A stretch of 64,000 bases of DNA, taken from NCBI GenBank assembly GCA_904063045.1, contig CAJFCJ010000004.1, positions 1,481,713 to 1,545,712 of the forward strand, written 5' to 3'. This DNA is from Dimorphilus gyrociliatus (lineage: Eukaryota; Animalia; Annelida). The notes under the pieces were generated by a model. That model was not told where the DNA came from, made no database searches, and saw nothing but the letters and a program-made list of their open reading frames with translations. Positions 35,365 to 48,500 of this stretch are shown piece by piece (the first letter of the stretch is position 1; every line of letters begins with the position of its first letter). The position numbers and the translations under genes are program-made.

Positions 35365-37520
35365 ATGGGCTGCGTTCCTAGCACAATTGATAATGATACA
35401 AAGAAAACGAATGAAAGCGTCGCGGATGGTAATATCATTACGAACATTGAGCCTATTATTAAATCAAATAAAGGTGCTCTTGTCCTCTATGCAAGTGAGA
35501 GCGGAACTTCGGAAGGTTTCGCCAGGGATATGGCCAAAAAATTGCCAATTTCAACCAGATTAATATGTATGAATCAGACTTCGAGTAAAGAACTACTAAA
35601 AGAAGAAAGGATATTTGTAATTGCTAGTACGTACGGAGAAGGAGAAGCTCCTTCGAATGGTCAAAATCTCTATTTTGATCTATTAGAATGTAGGGAAAAT
35701 GGGTGTAAATTTGATAATTTAACTTTTTCCGTTCTGGCTTTGGGATCTTCAAAACACGTTGATTTATGTAATTTCGGTAGAAATTTTGATAAATTATTGC
35801 ATGAATTGGGAGGGTCAAGAATTGAGGAAGTCCAACTAGCTGATAAAATGGCAGATCTACGGCAAATGGATGTTTATAAAGCGTGGTTTAAACGAATGAA
35901 AAAATGGGTTAAAGTATGGGACATTTAAATGATCAGTATTGTTACGTTTTCATTCATGGCGTTCTATTTTTAGATGAAAGAATATGGCTTGAACGGAGAC
36001 TATAATGAAGAAGAAGAGAATGATGAAGATGAAGAGTCTTTAGCAAAAAATTTTAAATTATCCTATAAATCAGTGGAAAACGATGAACCTCAATTAATTT
36101 ATGGTAGGGTATTTTTTTAACGTTACATAATATCGAGTTTTGAAAGAACTAGTATACTCTTTTTTTTATATAGCCCTAGAAAAAGTACATAATAGATCAA
36201 TAGCAAGTTGCAGAGTAATTAGCGTTACAAAACTTCAAAGTCCTTCATCCGAGTAGGTTTTTCTTTTTATTCAATAAAATAATAATATAATTCTAAAAAT
36301 GACCTAATTTATTTTGAATGTTTGCTGCTGCTTTTCGCAATAGGAAGCAAACAATTCTGGTTAAATTACTCATACCTACAAGTATTCAACATAAACCTGG
36401 TGATCATGCTGTTATTCTACCCCCAAATCCACATGATGAAGTTGAAAGATTAATGTCTTTTATTTCGGATCCTCCAAACAAACATTTCAACATTGAGGAA
36501 ATGATACGCGGGAAATGGATTGAACAAGACCGACTACCTTCTTGCAGCTTACAAAGAGCTTTGACCTGGTATCTGGATATTATGGCAACACCTTCAAAGG
36601 AGTTCCTATTATCATTGAAACAATTTGCTAAACATGACGAAGATCGAGAATTAATAGGAATATGGACAGATGTGGGAGAATTGGAATGGAGGTCTGGGGC
36701 CCCAACTCTGGCGGATACTTTGTCATTTTTAAAATCAGTTAAGGTCCCAACAGCCTGGCTCTTATCAGTTCTCCCTTTGCAAAGTCACCGCAGTTACAGC
36801 GTATCTAACAGTTCCAGTGTCAACCCTAATGAAATGCACATTATGGCTGCCGTTGTAGAATACGAAGCGGGTGGGAAGGTAAGAAATGGTCTTTGTTCTG
36901 GGTGGATGTCAACACTACAACCAGGAGATATGGTTCCCGCGGGTCATAGATCTATGGCCTCTTTCCATTTACCGAAAAACCCAAAGGAGCCTGTAATCAT
37001 GGTTGGAGCTGGAGCCGGGTTATCTCCTTTCAGGAGTTTTTGGCAGGAAAGATACTGTAATAGAGAAGAAGCAGGTCCGTCATTGTTGTTTTTTGGTTGC
37101 CGAAATCCAGATTACGATGATTTGGTACGAGATGAGAGACAAGACTTGGAAGATAAAGGTATCATAGAAAATATAACAGCCTATTCTCGTCATGGTCCAA
37201 AAATGTACGTTCAAGATGCAATAAAGCTCCATCAAGATAGATTATACGATTTATTGATAAATCAAAAAGCTCATATTTATATCTGTGGTGATGCTTCAGT
37301 AGCTTCTGGCGTTCGAAAAGCCATTTTGGAAATATTTATGGATAAAATGGCTATAAGCGATGCCGAGGCAAAAAAATTCATTCGGAAAATGAGGGTTTGT
37401 AAAATTCTTCATTAGTTACATTAAGATAATTACTTTTTTCTTTTTCTACAGAGTGAAAACAGGGTACACGAAGATGTCAACAATATTAAGCACGCGAACA
37501 ATGCACTTATAATTAAATAA
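35365..37520 (+). CDS. Stand-alone NOS-reductase-like diflavin (FMN/FAD/NADPH) oxidoreductase; exons 35365-35913, 35974-36103, 36174-36252, 36344-37394, 37452-37520
   Basis: Flavodoxin motifs YASESGTS, STYGEGEAP, ALGSS; FAD motif RSYSVS and GLCS; NADPH motifs GAGAG, FGCR, AYSR, KMYVQD, YICGD, HED. All introns are GT-AG and in phase. Confidence 0.9.
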
Positions 37521-37986
37521 TTAACGCTGCTAATCAAATTCATTATCATTTATAAAATATAAAATATATTATATACATATATACTGTATATGCAGTATAT
37601 ATATATATATATATATATATACTGTATAAATAAGCTCAAATACATATATTTTCTTTACTTATGTGTAAATGATACTGCTGTCTTATGGTATACTATAAGA
37701 TGTAAATCTTTTTTTTGTACCGGTATAGTACGCCATCTGTCGGATCCAAAAAATAGATTGAAGGGAATAGCGTATCATTAAATAGCTGTCAATTTAAACA
37801 GAATCAAGAAGATAAGATTGAAGTTGGGCAAGAATATCTTGTTACACTTATTGTTTTATTTATACATTCTCCTCTATTTATGCAGAATATACAATGCATT
37901 GTATTCTGTATGTAAAATAAATCAAAAGTTAGTTTATTTTCGTACTCAATTATTAAAAAGATTATTAAAAGAATTAGCTTTCGCCC

Positions 37987-40151
37987 TCATTTATCTTTCT
38001 TCTCATATTTCTCTCTCCATTTGGTATAAAGAGACCTAGAAGAGACAAAAAATAATATCTAAATCAATAGGAAAAATAATAACGTTAATTATCTGAAAAG
38101 AGAATGAAAACTAACGCCAATTCGATTTGACCATCCTTATTTGTAAGGTCGTCGAATAGAGTAAACCATTCTTGATCGGTCAAGTCAATTCCAGCGTTAA
38201 CTTTGATGGCATCTTCAAAAGATTTCTTGTCAATCACAGTAACTGATTGGTCACTGGCAATTCCGAATAATGAAAATGGCGTTTTATCTTTCATATGAAT
38301 AATTTGGCAAAGAATTTCAACAGCTTTTCCAGGTTTTAACTTTTTTGAGTGAATATAAGTTTGATAAGTACAATTAATTTTCTTTCCTTTGTCTTCGAGA
38401 TTTTCTAGTAAATCAATAAAGTTCTTCTTTACAGTAATACCCTGGTATAAAAAAAAGGCTCCTTTCTATTAATATGTCTAAAAAAGGAGATAAAATTCCA
38501 TTACCTGTAAATCCAGTGAGGAGATAGACGAGTCTGAATTCTTTGATATATTTTGCAATAAAGCAAAACTACCAACGTGAGTGAAAGGATTCTTTGATAG
38601 TTTTAATATTTTAATGTGTTCATTCTTTGTCATTGAGAATGAAGAGAAAATAGCTAAAGTTAAATCGACAAATCTGTTTGCTCTTAAGTCGATAGTCCCA
38701 ATACAATTGTTTTCTGCTAAAGCTTTCCCTAAGTCTTCGGCTGCTTTCCGTTCTCCGAATCCATTCCAAGATAAGTTCAATTCGTCGATTTTCTCATTTT
38801 CAGATAAGCATTTAGCAAGAACGCTTGCAGCCTTTCCAACAATCTGATTCCAGGATATGTCGAGCTTTTGTAAACTAGTGTTATTGACTGTATATGTATA
38901 CATATATATGTATATAAATGCATAAATTAGAAAGTACAATCGATTATAAATATCGTTAGTTGTTGAACATCACTCACCTAGAGCATTAGCAAGAGATTGT
39001 GTTGCTTCTAATCCGAGATCACATCTACTCAAACCAAGTTTTAGTAAAGTATTATTCTTCTGTTCAAAAGAGGAAGAAAGATATCATAAACAATAATATT
39101 TATACAGGAAACATTTATGTTTTGTAGATTAAAACGAGAAATAATCCTAGTTTTTCCGTATCACATATCCTTTTGTTATGTATAACAATGTAAATGAATA
39201 CAATACCTGTAGCAGTGACAGTAATATTTTACCACTTCTATTCCCTAATTGGTTTCCTTTGAAAGAAAGAAAAATATAGATTTTTTTTAAAAAAAGAAGA
39301 AAAAATGCAAAAAACATGAACTATCCACAACATACACAAAATACAACAGTATAAATGAGTATAGAATGATTTATACTAACCGGAAACATCCAAATTCTTG
39401 ATGATCTGGTTCGTTAGTAGCATACTCCCAACGGTTTTGAAACCTTTATGACTGATATCGTTGTAAGCTAGATTCTAGAAATGGATATTGTTTTTATTGT
39501 TTTTGAAGTAGAAAGAAAGGAAAATATTGATTAAATTTATCACTATCTCTATTCGATTATCGTTTTTTTATAAACTAGTTATGAATATTAATTATTAAAT
39601 TGTCATTAAGTAATTAGATAAAGTATGAAAAAAAATATGAATACGCAATAAAAACTTACCAGATCAAAAACATAGATATTGTCAACTAATTGATAGCACA
39701 GATGCTCTACTCCCTCGTCGCCCATGCCGTTGTACGAAAAGTCAAGTTTCGTTAGCGTGTTATTAACCCTTAAAGGAGCCGCTATTGCCTTGGCTCCTCT
39801 CGGTCCGAAATAATGATCCCTGAGAGAAATTTGATCATCTCCTGCATGTCTTAGAAAATAAGATATAGGAGTCACACCAATTTTTGAACATTGTCTAAAA
39901 TAAATGTTTTTAGCAAGAGCTTGATGATCATGCAAATCATTGTGAACTTTAGTCTCTTCTTCCAAGTCTGTATCGTATTCGCTATCACTAGACAATGGTT
40001 GATGGTTCTGAGTGTTGGAAGGCTTCTTCTTTGAAAAGCCCGAATGTAGTCTTGTAACTAGTCCAGAAACTTTATGTTGCTTATCCCGTGATTGTATTTT
40101 CCTTCTTCCTTGATTAGATCCAGGATGAGAGTCGGAATTATCCGAAAACAT
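37987..40151 (-). CDS. LRRC74: Leucine-rich repeat protein LRRC74-like (RI-type LRRs)
   Basis: 'YFRQCSKIGVTPISYFLRH..LRDHYFGPRGAKAIA..NNTLTKLDFSYNGMGDEG' and repeated 'L..LDISWNQI' motifs; last exon predicted to end KYEKKDK*. Confidence 0.8.
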
Positions 40152-41650
40152 TATAACTCCTATGCCGATAAGAATGAATTCTGCATAGATATAACAAAGT
40201 TTCCGCACTTTTTTTCAAGTGTTGGATTATAGCCGATTTTGCTATTTACGGTTTAGAAATCTTGTTATTATTACAGTTCGAATACAACTGAATAGCGATT
40301 GAATAGAGACTGTAGCTACTTTGCAGACAATGAATGCAATCGTTATATATGCTGCAGTTGCTAAGTGCTGCTGAAAAGTTTTCATGAATGCATAATTTTT
40401 CTACATTCATTTGCATAACAGGAATTTAATTATATACCTAGTTTTTCAATAATTATATTATTAATAAATAAACTGTAAGTGCGTGTACAAACAAAATATA
40501 TATGAGGAAAACTTTAACTTTATTGACCCTTTTATTATACTACGTCACGTGACAAAGAGATTATAAGTTTATAGCAAAATATAATATTTCTAAACAAATT
40601 TCAGTGTCATTCCTTTAACAATAAAGCCTATATTTCCTAAATATTTAACTAGTAAATTATTTTAGTACTTTTAATAAATTCTTGACGATTTTTTCGCTAT
40701 AAACGACGAAAAGGACAAATAATCCCTTTATTAAATCAATTAATTAAAAAAGAAATTGCTCTTTAAAATTCTATAACAATTAATTAAATATTAACAGAGA
40801 GCCAAATGCGAAATCTATTACATAATTCTTCTTATTTTTATGATTTATTAAATTTTTTCTCCTCTTTTGACGGAAGGAGAAAGAGAGCTAGGAATACAAT
40901 TTTTTTCTTTTTTTCTTCTATTTCCCCTTTCAATTTCTTTGTGCTGACAGGGACAGTTTTTCTTTATTCGTCCTTATATATTCCTTCTCTTTTCATTCCA
41001 TCAATCATTCTATATTTCTCCTTCTTTCTCTTTCCTTCCTCTCTCTCTCTCTCTCTGTCTCTCATTTCTGTTTCATAGTTGGTATAAAAATTATATTCAA
41101 TCTCCTCATATTCATTAATCAATGCCTACTAAGGCCATCTACATTTCAAATTACAAAAGATATATATAAAGCCTTACAATAAGTCATATACCAATTGTTT
41201 TTATTTTGATATTCGTCTTATTTAGATATTGCTCGACCTAGTTTGTTTGGAAACGATGACAAACAAATCTAACAACAGCTTACATCTTTATCTATGCTCT
41301 CCCACCCACCATTCATTTTTTCCCTTTATGTATTGATTCTATTTCACAATAATCAATAATAAAGCCTAGGTCAGCATTTCTTTTACTATTTTAAGGTTTG
41401 GGTAATACTTAGTAATGTAAAACTCATATAAAAGATCTAGCATTTGTGTTTAATTTATATTGTCGCGAAATCAAGCGAGGAGGCCTTAGCAACAGTAAAT
41501 ACTTCGATCGGCCTAAACTAGTATAGATACGTACAATTCTGCCATATTTATACCTTTATTCTCTCAGGAGTAAAATACTCGGCTGTTTTTAGATTAATCA
41601 AATATTGAAATATCCACAAATTTTTAAGATATTATTTATCAATCAACTTG

Positions 41651-42850
41651 ATGGCATCACTCAAAAGAGTAATCATTATTGGAGGAATTGTGGCATTTGT
41701 TGGTTTAATTATTTTGATACTATCTCTAGTTCTGAGCTCAATGAAAAGGCTTGATTCTCATGAAATAGGTCTAAAATATGACACTATAAAAAAGAAACTC
41801 CAAAAAGATGCGTTTTATGAAGGATTACACTTCGGATCACCAGGCTTTAAATTTATTAAATTTGCTGCAGTATTCAAATCATTACAATTGAATAACTTCG
41901 TTGTAAGAATATCCTCTTAATTTGACTTTTAATAGCCGATATATTTTTGTATTCTATCTCTTCACAGTGTCTGAATAAGGATGAGGTATTCATCACTTTG
42001 CAGCTCTCCTTGCAACATAGACCAAGAGCTGTTAAAATCTATGATATAGCTAGGTTATTTAAAAATGAAGAAGATTATCAACATATCTTATTACCAATAG
42101 GTATGGAAAGCTGATAACAGCTTTTATTAATCAGTTAAGAGATTTATCTAAAACAAATGTTTTTAGCTCAAGCTAGTGTTTATGAGACATGTGCTGAATT
42201 CAATACCTCTCAGTTACAAACTGAAAGGGGAATATTTCAAGAGAGACTTCAGAGTATTCTATCAAAACGATTCGAAGAAGTCTATACAGATGTCACTAAT
42301 TTACAAATGCAAGATATTAGAAGACCTAGTCAATATGAAAAGGTTATACAAGACAAGGAAGTCGCCAGAGAAGATATAGATGTAAGTTCAATTAGAACTT
42401 GTATGAATTCTTCAAATAGGCACTGTCTAATTTGTTTTGTTCTCCTACAAGGTGGCCAAGCAAGAGAATCCTAGACAGATTGCTTTAGCCAAAAATGCAA
42501 AGAAGAAAGCTAGGAATGAGGCTGAGATAGTAGTACAAAAAGCCGAAAGTGAGGCCAGAAACGTCTTAGCCAAGTAAGTTATCATTATTCTTGAGATTAT
42601 ACAGTAAATTTTTACTAAGGGTAATTATCGTTATCTTTTTTTTATCAGAGCAAGAGCAGAAGCAAATGGTATTGAAGCTCAATATCAAGCCGAAGCTGAA
42701 ACTTTCTACAACATGAAGAAATCTCTTGGTCTTGACGAAAAATCATTTATTAAATATATAGCTACTAGAGCTATATTCTCCGAAAGAGACTCACCGGTTG
42801 ATCTAGCAATCGACGAACCGGTGAAATTGGGCCTATCAGAGAGCAAATGA
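41651..42850 (+). CDS. SPFH/band-7 domain membrane protein (5 exons)
   Basis: N-terminal TM, 'EIGLKYDTI..EGLHFGSPGFKFIKF', 'TDVTNLQMQDIRRPSQYE' and a C-terminal AE-rich coiled coil. Confidence 0.82.
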
Positions 42851-42945
42851 GTTTTTACACTATATATACTAATATTATATCTATTATGTGCTTAAATATA
42901 TTTTATCCATTTACATAAACAATATATTTAGGTGGCATACGCATA

Positions 42946-42947
42946 AG

Positions 42948-42981
<34 letters not shown>

Positions 42982-43077
42982 AGGATTAATGAAAGAAAAT
43001 ATTGGGATTTTAATAATAAATTATATATAGATTAGTATATAAATACTGCAAGCCGAGTATTAATATAATAGAGGTGT

Positions 43078-43113
<36 letters not shown>

Positions 43114-43160
43114 CTGTCTATCCATCTCTATCTCTCTATCTCTCAATCTCTCCCCCTCTC
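42946..43160. repeat. (GATA)n/(GA)n and (TATC)n/(TC)n microsatellite pair
   Basis: Runs at about 42946-42982 and about 43077-43160 in opposite orientations. Confidence 0.9.
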
Positions 43161-43432
43161 TCTCTCTCTCTCTCTCTCTCCCCATCCATCTAAACTCCGA
43201 ATAAAAAGAAAATGTAAAAACACATAAATATATACGTTCTATATAAAAACTATCTAATTTCATATAAATTCCTTTAAAGTATGTTAAAATCAATTAAAGT
43301 TAGCAGATGACGTTTTAGCCACGTTTATCATTATTCTAGAATTTATTGCTTGTTCATTTTAAGAAGAGTATTTTTTGTTGAAGTTTTTTTCTATAAAAAT
43401 AAAGAACGCTAAAATACAAAAAGAACAATACA

Positions 43433-44083
43433 ATGTTGATTTTATTTATAAATTTCTTTATTCTTATTTCTTTGATTGACTCAAGTCCATCTGCAATTGA
43501 CGGAACTGCTCTAACGTTCGAAGTTGAAGATAACGATAAAATGTGCTTTTATGAATATTTTAAACACACTAAGAATTACATTTGGACTTTTAAGGTAATT
43601 AGTGGTGGTAATCATGATATAGACGCTACAGTCGAATCTCCGAACGGTAAAATTTTATATAAAAAGACGAAAAAACGTCAAGATCAATTTGACTTTGAAT
43701 CTACTTGGGGCGTCTATACCTTCTGCTTCTCTAATGAATTCTCTACGGTCACTCATAAGACAATTTATATGGAATTGAGGCCTGCCGAGCTGGAATCTTT
43801 AGCTGAAGAGGGTGGAAAAAAGAAAATTTCTTCCGCTAATACGCTAATCGAAGATCGGTTGGAATCTATTCATTCGGCAAATAGTCAGATTGTCGAAGAG
43901 CAAGTTCATTATAAGCTCAACGAAGCTGAAGGACGGCACAGTGCTGAAAGATTGAATATGATGGTGCAAATATATGCTTTCGGTCAAGCTATTGGTATTC
44001 TAATTACTGGACTTGGCCAAGTTCTTATACTTAAAACTTTCTTTCAAGACGGAAGGCCTTCGTCGGCTTATATGAAAACTTAG
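43433..44083 (+). CDS. TMED7: p24 family GOLD-domain cargo receptor (TMED7/TMED3, p24gamma), intronless
   Basis: Signal peptide; 'KVISGGNHDID..SPNGKILYK' and 'YTFCFSNEFSTVTHKTIY'; coiled coil; TM followed by LKTFF. Confidence 0.88.
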   Translation: MLILFINFFILISLIDSSPSAIDGTALTFEVEDNDKMCFYEYFKHTKNYIWTFKVISGGNHDIDATVESPNGKILYKKTKKRQDQFDFESTWGVYTFCFSNEFSTVTHKTIYMELRPAELESLAEEGGKKKISSANTLIEDRLESIHSANSQIVEEQVHYKLNEAEGRHSAERLNMMVQIYAFGQAIGILITGLGQVLILKTFFQDGRPSSAYMKT

Positions 44084-44232
44084 TAATTACTGTTTAATGA
44101 TTATCCTATTGTTTCTATTCATTTGTAACAGTAGATGCATAAAATTTTTTCTTTATATCTTTCTAATATCTTGTTTAGTCTCGCGATATAAAAAGGCTTG
44201 AGTAGAATTTTATTACGGTAAATAGTCTTATA

Positions 44233-45234
44233 ATGGCGGATGAACAGCACTTTCATACTTCGAGTTCAAGACTTATTGGACAGATATTATCACCTGTAGC
44301 TGTTGTATTAGGATCTCTAGCAAATTTTACAACAATAATTGCTATAGCAAGACAACCAAAGTTGAGAACTATAACTAATTTCTTTCTCATCAACCTCGCT
44401 ATTTCCGATCTGTTATTCTCTGGATTCATCGGTCCATTGATTTCGACATCGTTTTTCGTCGGCTGGTACAAGATCAATGAGAGTTCGCCGGAGCTTTGTC
44501 GTATCTTCCCCTATATTATGTACGCTACTGGTGGAGCAACTCTCTTTATGGTAGCCCTTGTAACCCTTAACCGCTATGTACTTATAGTTCACGCCTACGC
44601 TTACAAAACCATTTTTACGAAGACTAGAACAGGTATAATTCTATTTACAACTTGGATGATAATTTTATGTCTTCTTCTTTTGCCCGCAACCGAGATTTGG
44701 GGCGAATTTGGCTATGAAAGATCCATTGATTTTTGTACATTCATTAGACATCCTCGTAGACGAGGTGCGAGAACGTTTATCACAGCTTTCTGCATATCCT
44801 TGACCATCGCCTGTGTTTTGTTCTGTAACATAAGAATTTACTTGGTCGTTCGCCGTAGTAGAGAGAGAGTAGGCGGTGGTCTTGGGAGTAATGGAGAGGC
44901 GAATGGAGTAAGAAATAACGCCCCTTCGACTAATCGACCAAGACGGAAAGATTTAAAACTCATTAAGATGATATTAACGGTTTTTGGTGTATTTGGCATT
45001 TGTAATATTCCATTAGTTATTATTCTTATGGTAACTAAGGACTATGTGGAGCCGACTTTACACACGGTTGCTTTAATGCTGTATTGGTCAAGCTCGTTGG
45101 CTAATCCCCTTATCTACACGGTGATGAACAAGCAAATTCGTCTAGCTCTCTTATCTCTACTACCCTTTCGTAAAAAGGGCATACGAGGTTTGAATATAAA
45201 CGACGACTCGACGACCCACTCCTACCGCCAATAG
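44233..45234 (+). CDS. Class A GPCR, Tre1/moody (GPR84)-like, intronless
   Basis: Seven hydrophobic helices; 'NFFLINLAISDL', NRY in place of DRY, and 'NPLIY'; no Lys in TM7, so not an opsin. Confidence 0.85.
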   Translation: MADEQHFHTSSSRLIGQILSPVAVVLGSLANFTTIIAIARQPKLRTITNFFLINLAISDLLFSGFIGPLISTSFFVGWYKINESSPELCRIFPYIMYATGGATLFMVALVTLNRYVLIVHAYAYKTIFTKTRTGIILFTTWMIILCLLLLPATEIWGEFGYERSIDFCTFIRHPRRRGARTFITAFCISLTIACVLFCNIRIYLVVRRSRERVGGGLGSNGEANGVRNNAPSTNRPRRKDLKLIKMILTVFGVFGICNIPLVIILMVTKDYVEPTLHTVALMLYWSSSLANPLIYTVMNKQIRLALLSLLPFRKKGIRGLNINDDSTTHSYRQ

Positions 45235-45514
45235 AACTCTAGCGCAATGGAAAGAGAGGAAGGGGGCGGAGGCCAAGGGGTGGGGCGATCGACGGGCGGC
45301 GGAAAGAAAGCGGAAAGAAGAAAAATAAAATATTCCCCCCTCCTCCTTCAAACTACTGCTGCCATCTATAAAGTCTTAGGGAAAAATTTTTATTCTCTAT
45401 CTTTTTCTTTAAAAAAAAAATTAATGACACGCATACACGCAAACTCCGACACAGACACACCAACAACGAATATATGAGAAAAATCAATTATAGAAATAGC
45501 GTAAAAAAGTTCCT

Positions 45515-48500
45515 TTACATCCAGCAATTATTTCCCACTTGCTTTACATCCTTGTAATCATTCAATTCCCTCGAAAGAACTTTCAACTGACTCTTGAATT
45601 CGTCAATATTCACATAGCAAACCTGTTTGTTTGTTTGTTTTGGTTTAATTAGTATTTCTTTGTTTGTTTATGTGTATGTGTGTATATTTTGTTGTAAAAA
45701 AAAAAAAAAAAGAAAAAAATTGGGGAAGAAAAAAAACAATAAAGAGGGAAAAAACTTTCTGTACAAAGACAAGTTTTGAACGTTTTTTCTCTTTAATTAT
45801 AGATAGTTTTACTGGGATTGCATTAAACTGGAATTCTGTTATATAAAATGAAACTCTAGATTATATTAATAGTCTCTAAAAGGAAATTAACAATCCGGGA
45901 AACAATTGGAGAAAATTTCGTTAATTGCACCTTCAGGCTTCGCGCCGCCCCTTTGCCTGCAAACTTTTTCAGATAAGATCGCTCAGGTGCGAATTTAGAA
46001 ATAAATATAGCGAGAAACGCCGCGGCGTCGTTTCCAGAAGCCTCCGGGGCATTCTTCTTTGACGCCCCCTTGACACGAAACGACACATTTTTCCCCGTTG
46101 TTTGTTGTTTTTGCCGACTTTTTTCGATGGATGGCGTCTCTTTCTTTATTGTTCGGATCGTTTAAAGATTTTAATCTACACTTAATCCAGCTTCTTTTTT
46201 CTTTTTTTAATAAAATATTGAATGTTCTAATTTATTTTTAACTGCATTTACATAACGATAATAATAAACGTTGCGGCGGTGGATAAAAGAGCATAAACCA
46301 CATTCGAGATATAATCTATTGTAATTTACGAGATGAAAGCGACGCCAGCACCTGGCCGTGTCATAGCTAAGTGGCGTCGACGCCGAAGACGCTCGATTTC
46401 GTGCAGATAAGCCGATGAAATTCGATCGTCGTTTCTTAGCCTCGGGGAGAGGTTCTGTAAAACTTATAGGCCTATGGTATGTGATATTATATGGAATAGG
46501 CTGGTAAAGAATTTTTTTAAACGAGATCAATCACTCTGCAGGCGTTCGACACGACGTTCATATATCAACGACACATAAACGCAAGCCGCTACGTTAAAGA
46601 GGATAATAACAGTTATAAGAGGAAGAATTTCGTATACTATACATTATTATACATTATGTGATTCTATATTTAGATAAAAAGATAGTAATATAAAAAATTG
46701 GAGAATAAATCTATATGACTGACTATTCCTCTTTTCGTATTAGCTTGTCTATGTGCAGGCTGATTTTGTTTTATACATTCTTTTATATATGAATTCATAC
46801 ATATACTTTATATAAAGTATATATAGAAACTGTATACCTTTTGCTTGAATAACCTTACCTGCAAATGACGGGTGCCACCATTTAACTTGAATGCTCTGCG
46901 GGCGTGTAGAATTCTTCGGTTATTGAACGATATCAAATCTCCGCTGTTTAATCGGAATTCGATCTGGAAGAACGACTTTGTTAATTATAGCGTACGTTTC
47001 TTCCTCTTTTAATTTCTATTTTAGGCAAAAGACTAACCAAAGTTGGAGAGTGCTCAAGTAATTTAGCAAATGTGCTATAGGCTTCGTAATAGGCTTCCAT
47101 CTCTGTCTAAAGGAAAAGGGATTTTCGTAACGGTAAAAATGTATCATTATTCGAAATCGGATATGCTTTGCTTATAACTTAAATATACCCTGTACTCTCA
47201 AGTCGGATTACGCAAAATGACGCCGACAAATGGTGGCTATTTTATATTTTTCACTTCTTTTGTGTAATCTGATAATTAATTATACGTTTAGAAAGGAATT
47301 ATAACGGCTGTCCTCGTCTACTTTTACATAATATAAAGTAGTTAAAAAATATCTTCTTCTCTCCTCCTTCTTACTCTTCATCTTGCTTCGTCAAGACGCA
47401 AGTATTGATTTGGGAATGACGCTAGAATACTTTGATAATTTAATGTATATACGCAAACTAGCAATCCGTCAGCTTCTCCTAATGATCGTTTTCATTCGAA
47501 ACGGGCGAATAGCGTGATGAGAGTAGAAAAAAGTGACGTAACATCGTCAAAACTCTCGCGTGTTTCATCAATATTTACAAACTGATGGGAAATAGAAAAT
47601 AGGAGGAGCAGATAGAGAGATAGAGAGATAGAAATATTGATAAAAAAAAATATGAACGTGGATGAATATTAATGAATCGGATAGGAAAAAGGCAATCTAT
47701 TCTTTCTTACTTGGTCAAAGCGTGGTGAACCTTCAAAGCTCGGTGCCCAAGTTACAGCTACTACGTTCTGATCCGGGTCAACAGATATATGAGGTCGTTT
47801 ATAAACCATATGCACGGGACGTTCTCTGGAATGCGTATATAAACGATATAAAACGGATGGTATAAATCACACTTTCCTATTGTTCCCCCGACCGTGAAAA
47901 GAGACGCGATTTGACAAACGAGCGCCGAAATCGGCGTGCGGTCGTCGCGTCGCTCATTGTACACGAATTATCAGCTAAGCGCAGTCGGCGCTCGCTAAGC
48001 GCTTCTAAGCATGATACATTTCTCGCCATATGCGCGCCCGGAATACTACCTGCTCGTTGTGACGTCATTGACCAGTTGCGCAACTTTAACCACGCCCACT
48101 TTTTCGGTCATTAGAATACAGATAGAAGGAACCTTATTTTATACAGAATAATTTAACAACAAAAAAAATTTCCCACCTCTCGTAGTGAATCTTCTGGAAA
48201 GTTGCACCCAACCGAGTAAGCGTGTTAAAATGAGTCGGATATTTATTACGTAGTTCATTTGCCGCATGGAAAGAGTCAACAAAAAAACTTTGTCCGCCTT
48301 CCACCACGTCGTCCACTTTCATACAATGCAAAAGCTGTAGTCCAGGAGGGCTTTCGTAATAAGCTAAATCCATATGTAGACCAAGTTCTTCTGTTGAATA
48401 GGCGATGTTTATGGGCGACGGAGACGCTTTAACGTCTGAAATATCTCCATAGATATTTGATTGAACAGGACATATTAATTCGGCAACCTGACAAAACCCA

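Noticed and set aside
45856-46086. 76-aa ORF and an imperfect inverted repeat (AATTGCACCT...AGGTGCGAATT) with a miR-92-like seed
   Set aside because: Intronic in the dioxygenase gene; the interior does not pair and the sequence does not match miR-92 beyond the seed.
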